A stretch of DNA of 64,000 nucleotides from an uncultured bacterium. Its GTDB lineage: Bacteria; Calescibacteriota; Calescibacteriia; Calescibacteriales; Calescibacteriaceae. The stretch lies in NCBI GenBank assembly GCA_964601505.1, contig CAZRNR010000005.1, forward strand, positions 101-64,100, in the 5' to 3' direction. Under the pieces are notes generated by a model. The model did no database searches. It saw only the letters and a list, made by a program, of their open reading frames with translations, and was not told where the DNA came from. This document shows, in pieces, positions 1-9,680 of the stretch. Position 1 is the stretch's first letter, and each line of letters opens with the position of its first letter. Both the position numbers and the translations under genes were made by a program.

Positions 1-1
1 T

Positions 2-445
2 TTGAGTAGGGATGTGGATGTGAGAAAGATTTTTGAGAAGATAATGAATTATAGATTTTTGTCAAGACAGAAGTTAATGGAGTTAGTGAATAAGATATAT
101 ATACTATCAGTTTTGGTAGGGAGAGATAGGGAGGTGGAGAGGGAGATGGAAGAGGTAGCAAAGATAGATTTGACAAAAACAAGACTTTTCAGGAAAGGTT
201 TAAGGAAAGGTATAGAGAGAGGACTTAAGGAGGGGATAAAGAAAGGGCTTAAGGAAGGTATAGAGAAGGGGCTTAAGGAAGGGATTCAGATAGATATAGA
301 GGAAAGGTTTGGGGATGAGGGGAGATATTTGATAGAGATACTGAAAGACATAAAGGATATAGAGAAGCTGAAGGAAATAAAGAGAGCTATAAACAAAGCG
401 GAGGGTATTCAAGACATTGAAAAAATACTTCGGAACCCAAAATAA
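2..445 (+). CDS. C-terminal part of an Rpn/YhgA-like (PD-(D/E)XK, putative transposase) family protein; the 5' end lies outside the window
   Basis: The frame is open to the window edge. Four tandem 8-aa GLKEGIxK repeats are followed by an ...ERFGDEG...L helical tail, as in the C-termini (DUF4351-like) of Rpn-family proteins. Confidence 0.5.
   Translation: MSRDVDVRKIFEKIMNYRFLSRQKLMELVNKIYILSVLVGRDREVEREMEEVAKIDLTKTRLFRKGLRKGIERGLKEGIKKGLKEGIEKGLKEGIQIDIEERFGDEGRYLIEILKDIKDIEKLKEIKRAINKAEGIQDIEKILRNPK
197..292 (+). repeat. In-frame tandem repeat, 24 nt x 4 (GLRKGIER/GLKEGIKK/GLKEGIEK/GLKEGIQI)
   Basis: Direct reading of codons 197-292; the period is 24 nt and the copies are imperfect. Confidence 0.9.
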
Positions 446-546
446 ATTTGTAAAGCTCAATTTTTGTCAAAAGCTTTTTCTGAATTTTAATCCTAAAATT
501 CCATAAATTCTCAACAGAGCATTTTTAATTATAAATTTTCAGATTT

Positions 547-2853
547 ATGGCGATACATAAAATAAAAATAGAAGATGAACTTGTATCTTCTTACCTGAGT
601 TATTCCTTAAGCGTCATAATAGGTAGAGCAATACCAGATATAAGAGACGGACTGAAACCTGTTCAAAGAAGAATAATATGGACGATGTGGGAGGAGAATG
701 TAAAATCAAATTCACAGCACAGGAAAAGTGCAAAAATCGTCGGAAGCTGTATAGGGAAGTATCACCCACATGGAGACAAACCCGTTTATGATGCTCTTGT
801 GAGAATGGCACAACCTTTTGTAATGAGGTATCCGTTAATAGATGGTCAGGGTAATTTTGGTTCAATAGATGGAGATGAGCCAGCAGCAATGAGATACACA
901 GAAGCAAGGCTCACAAAAATCGCAGAAGAGCTGCTTGTAGATATAAATGAAGGGACAACAGATTTTTCTCCAAACTACGATGAAACACTTGAAGAACCTA
1001 AATATCTACCAACAAGGTTTCCAAACCTCCTTGTTAATGGGTGTTCAGGAATAGCTGTTGGAATGAGTACAAGTATCCCACCTCATAATATAGCCGAAGT
1101 CTCGGATGCTCTGATACACCTTGTAGATAACCCAACGGCATCATTAGATGAAATTCTAAAGATACTGAAAGGTCCCGATTTTCCTACTGGCGGAATAGTG
1201 GTAGGGGACCTCAAACAAATATACGAAGAAGGAAAAGGACAACTCACAATATACTCAAGATACAAGATTGAAAAAGGCGAAAAGGGGAGAAAAAACATTG
1301 TATTTTATGAAGTTCCATATCAAGAAAACAAATCAAAAATAGTAGAAAAGATAGCCCAACTTTCAAAAGATAAAATCATAGATGGAATAGCAAGAGTAGC
1401 AGACGAATCTGACAGGAGAGGTATAAGAGTAGTTGTTGAAGTAAAAGAAGGCTTTGAGATAGAACCAATAATAGCACAGCTCTATGAGAAAACAGGATTG
1501 AAATCAAACTTCCTTGTAAATATGCTTGTCGTTGATGGAATTCAGCCGATATCAGTGGACCTCAAAACCCTACTTGAAAAATTCATTGATTTCAGAAAAG
1601 ACATAGTCCTAAAGAGAACAAAATTCAGACTTGAGAAAGCAGAAAGGCACCTTCATATACTTGAAGGATATATCAAAGCACTTGGCTCAATAGATGAAAT
1701 AATATCCATAATCAGAAAGTCTCAAAATCAACAGGAAGCAAAAGAAAATTTGAAAAAGAGATTCGGATTTTCAGACATTCAAGCCCAAGCGATACTTGAC
1801 TTGAAACTCGGAAGACTCTCAAAACTTGATGCAGAAGAAATCAAAAAAGAACATGAAAAAACATCAAAAGAGGTTCAAGAACTAAAAGAAATATTGAAAA
1901 GCGAAAAGAAACTGAAAGAAATAATAAAACAGGAGTTTCTTGAGATCAAGAAAGAATACGGTGATCAAAGAAGAACAGAAATATCAGATAAACCACCCGT
2001 TAGGGAAGAGATATCACAAGAGTATAAGATAATAATAACACATGATTTTTATATAAACACTTTTGCAAAAACAGAAAGAACTCCTCGTCTTCCTGTAAAA
2101 AGTAGTTTTATATCTTCAGGGGACCTTGCCTGCGTTACGAATCTTGGGAAAGTATATAGAGTCAGACTTGAGAAAATAAAGACTTGGACAGAAAAGGGAA
2201 TGCCAGTAAAATCGCTTGTCAGAACGTCAAAAGAAGAAGAAATAATATATGTATGTCCAGCATATGAGGATAGGTATCTTGTATTCATAACGAAAATGGG
2301 TTTCACTAAAAAATTCAGGTTGAGTGAAGTTTATGATCTGACCGCAAGAGGAGAAGTAATATTTGAACTCGAACAAGGAGATGAAATTCGTGATGCAGTT
2401 GAGTGTTCAGAAGATGATCAGATATTCTTTATGACTAAAGGAGGAATGATTCTTGGAATAAATGCATCAGACATCACAGCAAGAGTTTCAAAGGCAATAG
2501 AACTCTCAAGAGGAGATACTACAGATGAAGTCTTACTTGTTATAAATAAAACAAAAGAAGATAATTTTCTTGTCTGTTCAACGGAAAATTATGTAAAAAG
2601 AATAAGAGCATCCGAACTCAAAGTTCAAGCAAAAGGCGGAGTCGGGATCACAGTCATACCAGAAAAAGCCCTACCAGCAGTTGATGCTATATTCATATCA
2701 TCTGAAGATGATACCGTAGCTATAACATATATTTCTAATGAAAAGGAAAACTATAAATATTTTCCTGCAAAGAAAATCCCACTCCTTACAAGACATGCCA
2801 TAGGTAAACAGCTGGTAGAAGGAAAAATTATATCCATTGGTAGGGTGATGTAA
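547..2853 (+). CDS. gyrA: Type IIA topoisomerase subunit A (GyrA/ParC family)
   Basis: Motifs [25 protein letters not shown] and [10 protein letters not shown] (catalytic Tyr) are present. The protein is 768 aa, with a coiled-coil region and a C-terminal beta-pinwheel region. No QRRGGKG-type GyrA box was seen, so ParC is not excluded. Confidence 0.9.
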   Translation: MAIHKIKIEDELVSSYLSYSLSVIIGRAIPDIRDGLKPVQRRIIWTMWEENVKSNSQHRKSAKIVGSCIGKYHPHGDKPVYDALVRMAQPFVMRYPLIDGQGNFGSIDGDEPAAMRYTEARLTKIAEELLVDINEGTTDFSPNYDETLEEPKYLPTRFPNLLVNGCSGIAVGMSTSIPPHNIAEVSDALIHLVDNPTASLDEILKILKGPDFPTGGIVVGDLKQIYEEGKGQLTIYSRYKIEKGEKGRKNIVFYEVPYQENKSKIVEKIAQLSKDKIIDGIARVADESDRRGIRVVVEVKEGFEIEPIIAQLYEKTGLKSNFLVNMLVVDGIQPISVDLKTLLEKFIDFRKDIVLKRTKFRLEKAERHLHILEGYIKALGSIDEIISIIRKSQNQQEAKENLKKRFGFSDIQAQAILDLKLGRLSKLDAEEIKKEHEKTSKEVQELKEILKSEKKLKEIIKQEFLEIKKEYGDQRRTEISDKPPVREEISQEYKIIITHDFYINTFAKTERTPRLPVKSSFISSGDLACVTNLGKVYRVRLEKIKTWTEKGMPVKSLVRTSKEEEIIYVCPAYEDRYLVFITKMGFTKKFRLSEVYDLTARGEVIFELEQGDEIRDAVECSEDDQIFFMTKGGMILGINASDITARVSKAIELSRGDTTDEVLLVINKTKEDNFLVCSTENYVKRIRASELKVQAKGGVGITVIPEKALPAVDAIFISSEDDTVAITYISNEKENYKYFPAKKIPLLTRHAIGKQLVEGKIISIGRVM

Positions 2854-3008
2854 AACACAATTACAATCCACGCTTCAACCAAAGAAAAACTAAAGTGAAT
2901 CTTCAAATCATCTAAAAATAAAGGGACATAAAATTACTTTAATGCTATTAAAAACAAGATTTTTCAAAAAGGAGTGATTATATTCAATTATGACGGGGTG
3001 AATGTGTC

Positions 3009-3464
3009 ATGACGAGGGTAAACAAAAAAGGATTAAACACAGTAATAAAATCAGGGATAATAGTAACATTAGGGTTAGTAGTTGCTCTAATCTTCTTTAA
3101 ACCTGTAAATTCCTCACCAGGAGAGGTGTATGTAATTGTAAATTCATCACTATCTAATATCTCTCTTGAAGATATAAAGAAAGCTTACAAAGGCGAAATA
3201 TCAAAAATACAGGGGAAGGATATAAAGCTTTATGAACCACCACTTGATAGTCCTGCAAAAAAGATGTTTATAGAAAAGTTCCTGGGATTAGACCTTGAGT
3301 CATACAGAAAGATATGGCTTGTTAAACTCATGGGAGGGCATCCCATTCCCAAAGTGGCTAAAGAAGATGAAATAATTAAAAATGTGTCATCTCAGGAAGG
3401 AGCAATAGGATATGTGCCTATACCAGCTCAAGAAGATTCAGTAAAAGTCATAGCTATAAAATAA
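3009..3464 (+). CDS. Small exported PBP-like (PstS/phosphate-binding-fold) domain protein
   Basis: N-terminal TM/signal segment; ISLEDIKKAYKGEI...GAIGYVP resembles the single PBP-like domain proteins. Confidence 0.4.
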   Translation: MTRVNKKGLNTVIKSGIIVTLGLVVALIFFKPVNSSPGEVYVIVNSSLSNISLEDIKKAYKGEISKIQGKDIKLYEPPLDSPAKKMFIEKFLGLDLESYRKIWLVKLMGGHPIPKVAKEDEIIKNVSSQEGAIGYVPIPAQEDSVKVIAIK

Positions 3465-3529
3465 AATTTCCTTTTTTGTTCGCAAGGATTTGGAGATTAG
3501 GATTGTTGAAAAATTGAACTTTACAATAT

Positions 3530-4501
3530 TCACCTTTGCTTTATTTTAAGTGATGATGTTCCAAGTGTAGCCTCCACAAGGTCATCAAAACTTATACCTC
3601 TCCAGAGAGCTATTTTTGGAAGCAATGATCTGTCAGTCATACCAGGAACGGTGTTGAGCTCAAGGAAAAAAACTTTTTGCCCTTTCATTTTAAAATCTAC
3701 TCTAACAGCACCATCCACTAAAAACTCTTCGCATATCTTTTGAGATATTGATAAAGCATAATTGCAAGCCTCCTGAGAAACATTACGTGGAGGAATGATA
3801 TATTCTGTCTCAGATCTATATTTTGCATCAAAGGAAAAAATTATATCACTTTTAGGAACTATTTCCATAACCCCAATTGATTTCCTTTGAAAAACACCAA
3901 CGGTTATTTCAGGTCCATCTAAAAACTCCTCAACGATAACTCTGGAAGAATACTTCAAAGCCTCATCAATAGCTTCCTTTAAATCTCCTATGTTTTTGAG
4001 CAGAGAAATTCCAAAAGATGACCCAGAAAAAGATGGTTTTATTATAACAGGCAGCTCAAATTCTTCTAACTTCCGGACTACCTGATTTATTGAATAATCT
4101 TTATTTATGACAAAAAAACGAGGATGATTGAGGAAACCGATGAGTTTGGTCATAATCTTATCCATAAAAAAAGCAGAGACAACTGGATCTGGTGATGAAT
4201 AAGGGATCTTCAGGATCTCAAGTAATCCTTGAACAGTTCCATCTTCACCGAACTTTCCGTGTAGTGCTATAAAGACCGCATCAAAACGAGATATCTTATC
4301 AAAAAAATTCGGTGATGGAAAATCAATTTCTTCAACTTCATAGCCTTTTTTCAAGAGAGCTTGTGACACACATTTTCCCGTTTTCAAGGAGATTTCCCTT
4401 TCTTCTGATTCTCCACCAACCAGAACAGCAACCCTTTTAAAATTCTCTTTTGCTCTATTCTGAAAATAGTTTATCAATTCTAAGATTTCATCGTTATGCA
4501 T
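3530..4501 (-). CDS. ddl: D-alanine--D-alanine ligase
   Basis: RVAVLVGGESEEREISLKTG N-terminus, FIALHGKFGEDGTVQGLLE, ATP-grasp C-terminal half (ELNTVPGMT); 323 aa. Confidence 0.9.
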   Translation of the reverse strand: MHNDEILELINYFQNRAKENFKRVAVLVGGESEEREISLKTGKCVSQALLKKGYEVEEIDFPSPNFFDKISRFDAVFIALHGKFGEDGTVQGLLEILKIPYSSPDPVVSAFFMDKIMTKLIGFLNHPRFFVINKDYSINQVVRKLEEFELPVIIKPSFSGSSFGISLLKNIGDLKEAIDEALKYSSRVIVEEFLDGPEITVGVFQRKSIGVMEIVPKSDIIFSFDAKYRSETEYIIPPRNVSQEACNYALSISQKICEEFLVDGAVRVDFKMKGQKVFFLELNTVPGMTDRSLLPKIALWRGISFDDLVEATLGTSSLKIKQR

Positions 4502-4584
4502 TATAAAGATAATGCTACAAAAATCAAGTGAGAAAACACAAATATTCTTAACAAAAAAATAGAAAAATTTTTATAATTTTTCGT

Positions 4585-5886
4585 ATGAATAAAATAATAG
4601 GCTTTCTGATTTTTACTTTGGTAGCAATTCTCGAGGCTTATGCTGACCCTTTTGATTTCTATTGCTCTGGACCAAAAGCGAGATCTATTGGTTGCACAGG
4701 AGTTGCTATATCAGAAGGATACGAATCAGCATATCTTAACCCTGCACTTATATCCGCAGCTAAAAAAGTTGGGATAGGGTATCTTTTCTCTTCACAAAAC
4801 TTAGATGTATCAATACAGGGACAAAAAAAGCCCGGGAATCCATTAGAAGATGTCTCACTTGTATATGCTGGGTTATCAATCGCTCTTTCTGACCTTTCTT
4901 TTATATTTGAAAAGTCAAAAATTTTAGACAACATTCATCTTGGATTATCTGCTGCACTTCCACCATCTGGAAGGCTTGTTAGAGTTTCAACCTCTCAAAC
5001 CAAAATACCATCTACCATACTATACGGAAACAGGAACACAAGATTCTCAGCATATATAGGATTATCCGGGAACATCCCGATAGAAAAGGTAAAAATATAT
5101 TTAGGAGGTGGTGTTCATTCTCTTGCAAAACTTCCAATATATGTGGATGCAAATTTTGCCCCGGACAGAGATTTATTGGGTATAGACGGGTGGCTTGAGT
5201 TACTTGAAGGTTTTGTCGGAGGGATAGCCATTGAAGCAAACTTTGAGTCTGCGTTTTTCCGTGTAGGTGGTGTTATAAGAACACCAGTTCAAACCGAGAT
5301 TCCAACATCTGTAAATGTCAAATTAGCTGGAGATGAATCTGTTTTATTGTTGAACGCTCTACTTATTGAACACTACACAGCACCTTACTTTGGTGGAGGT
5401 ATTGGAGGAGGGATAAAAACTTCCTCACTCAAATTGAGTTTAGGTGCCGATGTACTTCAGTATAAGTTTTCAAAATTGAAACTACCACTTCTTGAAATAA
5501 CAGGGGCTTCACCAGAGCAGGTAAAATCACTAATTCCAACTCACAAACTACCTGAAGTTGAGGATATACTTGTCATAAAGGGTGGAGCATCTGCAGATAT
5601 ATATGATGTTATAGGAGAAGCAGACATAATAATCGGAGCAGGAGCAAGTTTATTCCCATCTCCCTTAAAATCTCAAAATGGAAGTCTCTTCGTTGATTCA
5701 GATAGGCTTTCAATCTCCGGAGGGCTTGGAACAAGGTTCAAATCTCCCGGGGTAGTAAAAGGAGAAATTGAGTTCATACTTTCAGGCGGAGTTCAAATTA
5801 TTCAGAAGAAAGAATTTACAGAAACTAACACATCAATTGGTGGAACTCTTCCAACAATTTCCGGAACTCTAAACCTCACTTTCTAA
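4585..5886 (+). CDS. Outer-membrane beta-barrel protein (FadL/PorV-like N-terminal motif)
   Basis: Signal peptide; GPKARSIGCTGVAISEGYESAYLNPA motif; alternating beta-strand pattern; C-terminal ...LNLTF. Confidence 0.5.
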   Translation: MNKIIGFLIFTLVAILEAYADPFDFYCSGPKARSIGCTGVAISEGYESAYLNPALISAAKKVGIGYLFSSQNLDVSIQGQKKPGNPLEDVSLVYAGLSIALSDLSFIFEKSKILDNIHLGLSAALPPSGRLVRVSTSQTKIPSTILYGNRNTRFSAYIGLSGNIPIEKVKIYLGGGVHSLAKLPIYVDANFAPDRDLLGIDGWLELLEGFVGGIAIEANFESAFFRVGGVIRTPVQTEIPTSVNVKLAGDESVLLLNALLIEHYTAPYFGGGIGGGIKTSSLKLSLGADVLQYKFSKLKLPLLEITGASPEQVKSLIPTHKLPEVEDILVIKGGASADIYDVIGEADIIIGAGASLFPSPLKSQNGSLFVDSDRLSISGGLGTRFKSPGVVKGEIEFILSGGVQIIQKKEFTETNTSIGGTLPTISGTLNLTF

Positions 5887-5911
5887 TATACCGTCTTATA
5901 TTTTCTGTAAT

Positions 5912-7204
5912 ATGCTAAAATCAAAAAAGAATCTTCTGTGTATCGTATTTATTCTATTTTGTGATAAGGCTTTCTCATCCCAATCACCTATTCTTTTCTT
6001 GACTATAGATAGCTTAAGGCCTGATAAGATTTCTTGCTATGGTTTCGAGAAAAAAACAACCCCAAATATAGATAAACTGTGTGATCAGGCATTTGTCTTT
6101 CTTAACGCCTACGCTTCAGCAGGATGGACATCACCCTCACTAGTATCTATTTTTTCCTCCCTTTATCCTACAACACATGGAATTGAAGTTAGAGGATTAG
6201 TTCTAAACTCCAAAATAAAAACTCCTATAAAAATTCTCAACGAGAAAGGATGGAAAACATATGGAGAACACTCTGAAGGAGATACAATAGGGAACATCGG
6301 CTTTTATCCAACCAAAGGAACAATTACCAAATTTCTTGAGGAAATAAAAGATGAGAACTTTTTTGTATGGTATCACATTAGGACCCCACATCTTCCATAC
6401 GATCCACCTGAAGAATACATAAGAGAATTTTTAAATGGTCTTACAGCTGATCAAGAAAAAATAAGAATTATCAGAGAGAAAAAAATGATAGTGAAAGGAA
6501 AAGATAATATTGAATTCACAGATACAGAGAAGAAGTTCGTAGAGGTTTTATATGAAGCCGATGTAAAGTATCTGGATAGTCAGATAGGCGAGGTAATAGA
6601 GAAACTCAAGGAACTCGGTATCTTTGACAAAACCATAGTTGTTCTAACAGCAGATCATGGAGAAGAACTCTTTGAACATGGATGGATAGGGCATGCATCA
6701 ACATCTCTTGACGGTCATCTCTACAATGAAATCATTAAAATACCATTGATTATAAGAACTCCGGATATTAAGAAGAGAACATATATACAAACTCCTGTTT
6801 CACATGTTGATATTATGCCGATATTATTTTCAATGCTTGGAATAAAAGAAAAGTTTCTAACAGATTCAGGAGTTATTAAAGTCAGCAAAAGTAATATATC
6901 TAAAAAAGACAATGTTATATTCTCGTCAACTTCACCATGCGGTTGGCAGTGCAAAGAAGATGAGAAATGGAAAAGGATATATGTCATACAAGAAAAAAAC
7001 TGGAAACTCATCTACTACAACTATGATGGAAACAAACCAAAGGAAAGATTTGAATTATTTAAACTTCCAGATGAAAAAAATGACTTGTCTCAAGAAAATC
7101 CTGAAAAGCTTTCATATATGGTAAAAAAATTATTTGAGACTATTGGTGAACACAAAGCAAAACAAGCATTATTTCAGCCGGAAGTATATATAGAGAAAAA
7201 GTAA
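5912..7204 (+). CDS. Exported alkaline-phosphatase-superfamily (sulfatase-family) enzyme
   Basis: Signal peptide; LTIDSLRPD...TPNIDKL...GWTSPSLVSIFSSLYPTTHG and LTADHGEE metal-site motifs. Confidence 0.7.
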   Translation: MLKSKKNLLCIVFILFCDKAFSSQSPILFLTIDSLRPDKISCYGFEKKTTPNIDKLCDQAFVFLNAYASAGWTSPSLVSIFSSLYPTTHGIEVRGLVLNSKIKTPIKILNEKGWKTYGEHSEGDTIGNIGFYPTKGTITKFLEEIKDENFFVWYHIRTPHLPYDPPEEYIREFLNGLTADQEKIRIIREKKMIVKGKDNIEFTDTEKKFVEVLYEADVKYLDSQIGEVIEKLKELGIFDKTIVVLTADHGEELFEHGWIGHASTSLDGHLYNEIIKIPLIIRTPDIKKRTYIQTPVSHVDIMPILFSMLGIKEKFLTDSGVIKVSKSNISKKDNVIFSSTSPCGWQCKEDEKWKRIYVIQEKNWKLIYYNYDGNKPKERFELFKLPDEKNDLSQENPEKLSYMVKKLFETIGEHKAKQALFQPEVYIEKK

Positions 7205-7247
7205 AAAGGGCAAATTATTAGGAGTGAGAAGACGATATATATTATAA

Positions 7248-7820
7248 ATGATGAGAAGATTAATAGTTATATTATTTGTTGTTATTACTTATAATCTTTT
7301 TCTTAAAAAAAGTTATACACAGGTTTTAAATGTTCCAACAGGTTCATTTGCTACAGGGACAATTCTAACAGGAATATCAGTAGCTCTCCCCGGGGAGGTC
7401 ATAGATCCATCACCCGTTGTTTTCAGAATAGATGAAGGATTTTTCACACCTTCTGATTCCCTTGTAGATATGTCGGGGTGTTATGCTCACGGAACAGCGT
7501 ATTGGGCAGACCACATAAGCAGAGTTATAGTAGAAATAAAGGATATAACCTGCCCGCAAGGTGAAAAATTATATCACATAGAAGCTTTAGGTTATCTCTA
7601 TGATGAAGAAGGAGGATTCGGATTCGATGGAGAAATAACAAGATACGAAAAAGAGATATGGGGTATAAGAATAAGGACGGGATATGCTACTGTTCCAGCA
7701 TTTTCAAGAGGAATATTGTTTTTACGCCAGGGGTTTACCTTTGAGAGGAAGGATTTAAAACATCCTCAGTGGAGAAGACCTATGACATTCCCAGACAAAT
7801 TTAAAGACTTCCCTCCATAA
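7248..7820 (+). CDS. Exported protein with TrbI/VirB10-like beta-barrel signature
   Basis: Signal peptide; VPTGSFATGTILTGISVALPGEV...GCYAHG...RVIVEI..I.CPQGE...GFGFDGEI follows the VirB10/TrbI C-terminal pattern. Similarity was judged by eye only. Confidence 0.3.
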   Translation: MMRRLIVILFVVITYNLFLKKSYTQVLNVPTGSFATGTILTGISVALPGEVIDPSPVVFRIDEGFFTPSDSLVDMSGCYAHGTAYWADHISRVIVEIKDITCPQGEKLYHIEALGYLYDEEGGFGFDGEITRYEKEIWGIRIRTGYATVPAFSRGILFLRQGFTFERKDLKHPQWRRPMTFPDKFKDFPP

Positions 7821-8470
7821 TATACCAGATCAAAATCAAACAAAACCGATTGACAAGGCTATGAAATAAACGGAAATTATGAATTGATACATTGAATTTC
7901 GATTTCACACGATATGGATATAATTTACATAGGTTAAAAATATGGGACACGAAAGAAGATGATTTTTTATGTCTGATTTTTTATGTTTAAACAGCATAAA
8001 AATACCGCAAGCAATTAAGAAAACAATTCACTTGAGAACACAATGATGTAAAGACTAAACTGAAATCAAGTAATGTTTCATTTAATTTTTCAATTGTAAT
8101 CTGGGTTATTTTATGAGAACCTCTGTATTTGGGTTCTGGATATATAAGTAAGAATATACCGTTTTATCGGAAACCTAAAACAAAAACAGCTCTTACCAAC
8201 ATATGAACACTGTGAAAAATAATTTTAGGCAAGTAATTATTTATTTTATTCCACCAATGTTTTAATTGAGAATATGAAATTTCTCCCTGATACTCTAATA
8301 GATGTTCAGCTCTCTTTTACACACCCCATCACAGAATAATTGTGAAGATCTTGATTATTTCCTGCAGTTCCGTCCTTTAAATCACATCTCATCATAAATT
8401 CAAGTCTTTTCACCATAATCAAGGTGGAGCAAAACTAATAATTACCTAATTTTAAACGCAAGACGAAATA

Positions 8471-9676
8471 TCACATTTCATCACTTGGAAGTTCGAATAG
8501 CTTTCTTGCTATTATTATTCTTTGGATTTGTCCCGTTCCCTCAACGATATCAAGGGCTTTGACATCTCTATAGAGTTTTTCAACATAGTTATCATTCTGA
8601 ATCCCTGCATCTTGCATGATATCGAGACAAAGAGAAACTGATTTTTGAGCAACCATCGGGCAGAAAGCCTTTGCTTGAGAAGCTTCTACAATATTTTCAA
8701 TACCTTTATCAGCCATCCAAGCAGCTTTCCAGCATAACAATCTACCAACTTCTATATATCTTCTGACTCTAGCTATATTCTCTCTTATCTTTTGATATCT
8801 TGGTATTGGTCGTGAAAGGCTATAGTTTTCTTTTACAAAATTAAGGGTCCAATCGTATGCAGCACGAGCTATACCAATAGCCATAGCAGCAATAGTGGGA
8901 CGAGTCGCGTTGAATGACTTCATGGCAGACTTAAAACCTTGTCTTCCTTCATAAGATTTTTCTCCTCCAAGGAGGTTTTCTTCAGGGACTTCGCATTCTT
9001 CAAGACTCAAGGAACAAGAGGAGTAAGCAGAGAGTCCCATTTTTTTCTCTATCTTAACAATTGATAATCCTTTTGTTCCCTTTTCTACGATAAAGGCTCT
9101 ATGCCCTGCTCTTGCAAGCTTTGGGTCAACAGTTGCCCAGACAATAATAAAATCTGCCCTATCTGCGTTAGAGCAGAAAGCCTTCTGCCCATTCAGAACC
9201 CATCTTCCATCTTTCTTGACACACCGTGTTCGTATGCGAGCGACATCAGAACCGGCACCAGGCTCTGTCATAGCAAAGGCTCCCCAATGAGGATTTTCTC
9301 TATCCTTAAATATAGAAAGGTATTTTTCCTTTTGTTCAGGTGTCCCCAAAATAGCGAGCGGTGGCCCAGCAAGACCAGGACCTGGGAGAGAAACAGCAAC
9401 TCCCCTATCCCAATATGAAGTTTCCTCCCCAATCAAAACAGCTCTTCTCGCAGAAAATCTTTCTACTTTACTTGTATCTTCAATCTCTCTCCCCATACCA
9501 GCTACTCTTTCCTGATAACCAATCTGAGCAAGGAACTTGAAAAACTCGTGATCAGGTGGAATAGGTTCACCCTTTCTATCGTATTCAATACCAAGCGGTC
9601 TCATGTATTTTTCTCCCAAAAACCTGACCATCTCCAAAAGCTTTTTGTCTTCCTTTGTAAGAGTCAAATCAAACAT
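8471..9676 (-). CDS. Acyl-CoA dehydrogenase
   Basis: AFAMTEPGAGSD motif, 401 aa, typical ACAD N/M/C domain order. Confidence 0.85.
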   Translation of the reverse strand: MFDLTLTKEDKKLLEMVRFLGEKYMRPLGIEYDRKGEPIPPDHEFFKFLAQIGYQERVAGMGREIEDTSKVERFSARRAVLIGEETSYWDRGVAVSLPGPGLAGPPLAILGTPEQKEKYLSIFKDRENPHWGAFAMTEPGAGSDVARIRTRCVKKDGRWVLNGQKAFCSNADRADFIIVWATVDPKLARAGHRAFIVEKGTKGLSIVKIEKKMGLSAYSSCSLSLEECEVPEENLLGGEKSYEGRQGFKSAMKSFNATRPTIAAMAIGIARAAYDWTLNFVKENYSLSRPIPRYQKIRENIARVRRYIEVGRLLCWKAAWMADKGIENIVEASQAKAFCPMVAQKSVSLCLDIMQDAGIQNDNYVEKLYRDVKALDIVEGTGQIQRIIIARKLFELPSDEM

Positions 9677-9680
9677 TTCT

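Noticed and set aside
197-292. Possible CRISPR-like or other regularly spaced repeats.
   Set aside because: The only regular tandem repeat is the in-frame 24-nt coding repeat, which has no spacers. I saw no repeat-spacer array anywhere in the window.
200-460. Antisense or shadow ORFs in the six-frame track, for example 200-460(-), 614-907(-), 9101-9418(+), 13508-13804(+), 42043-42534(-), 42787-43413(-), 45055-45402(+), 56400-56822(+), 61387-61713(+).
   Set aside because: Each lies entirely inside a longer ORF on the opposite strand or another frame that has clear family motifs. Their translations are low-complexity or compositionally odd, so I treat them as non-coding shadows.
5912-7204. Link between the sulfatase-family gene and the three radical SAM/SPASM-like genes acting as anaerobic sulfatase-maturating enzymes.
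   Set aside because: The genes are 13 kb apart. The enzyme has Thr-x-P-S-Leu instead of the Cys/Ser-x-P-x-Arg maturase target. The rSAM genes are tightly coupled to membrane-protein genes instead.
8306-8416. 36-aa Cys-containing small ORF (MVKRLEFMMRCDLKDGTAGNNQDLHNYSVMGCVKES) downstream of the acyl-CoA dehydrogenase gene.
   Set aside because: No convincing ribosome-binding site and no recognisable motif. An ORF of this length is expected by chance. It is mentioned only inside the gap finding.
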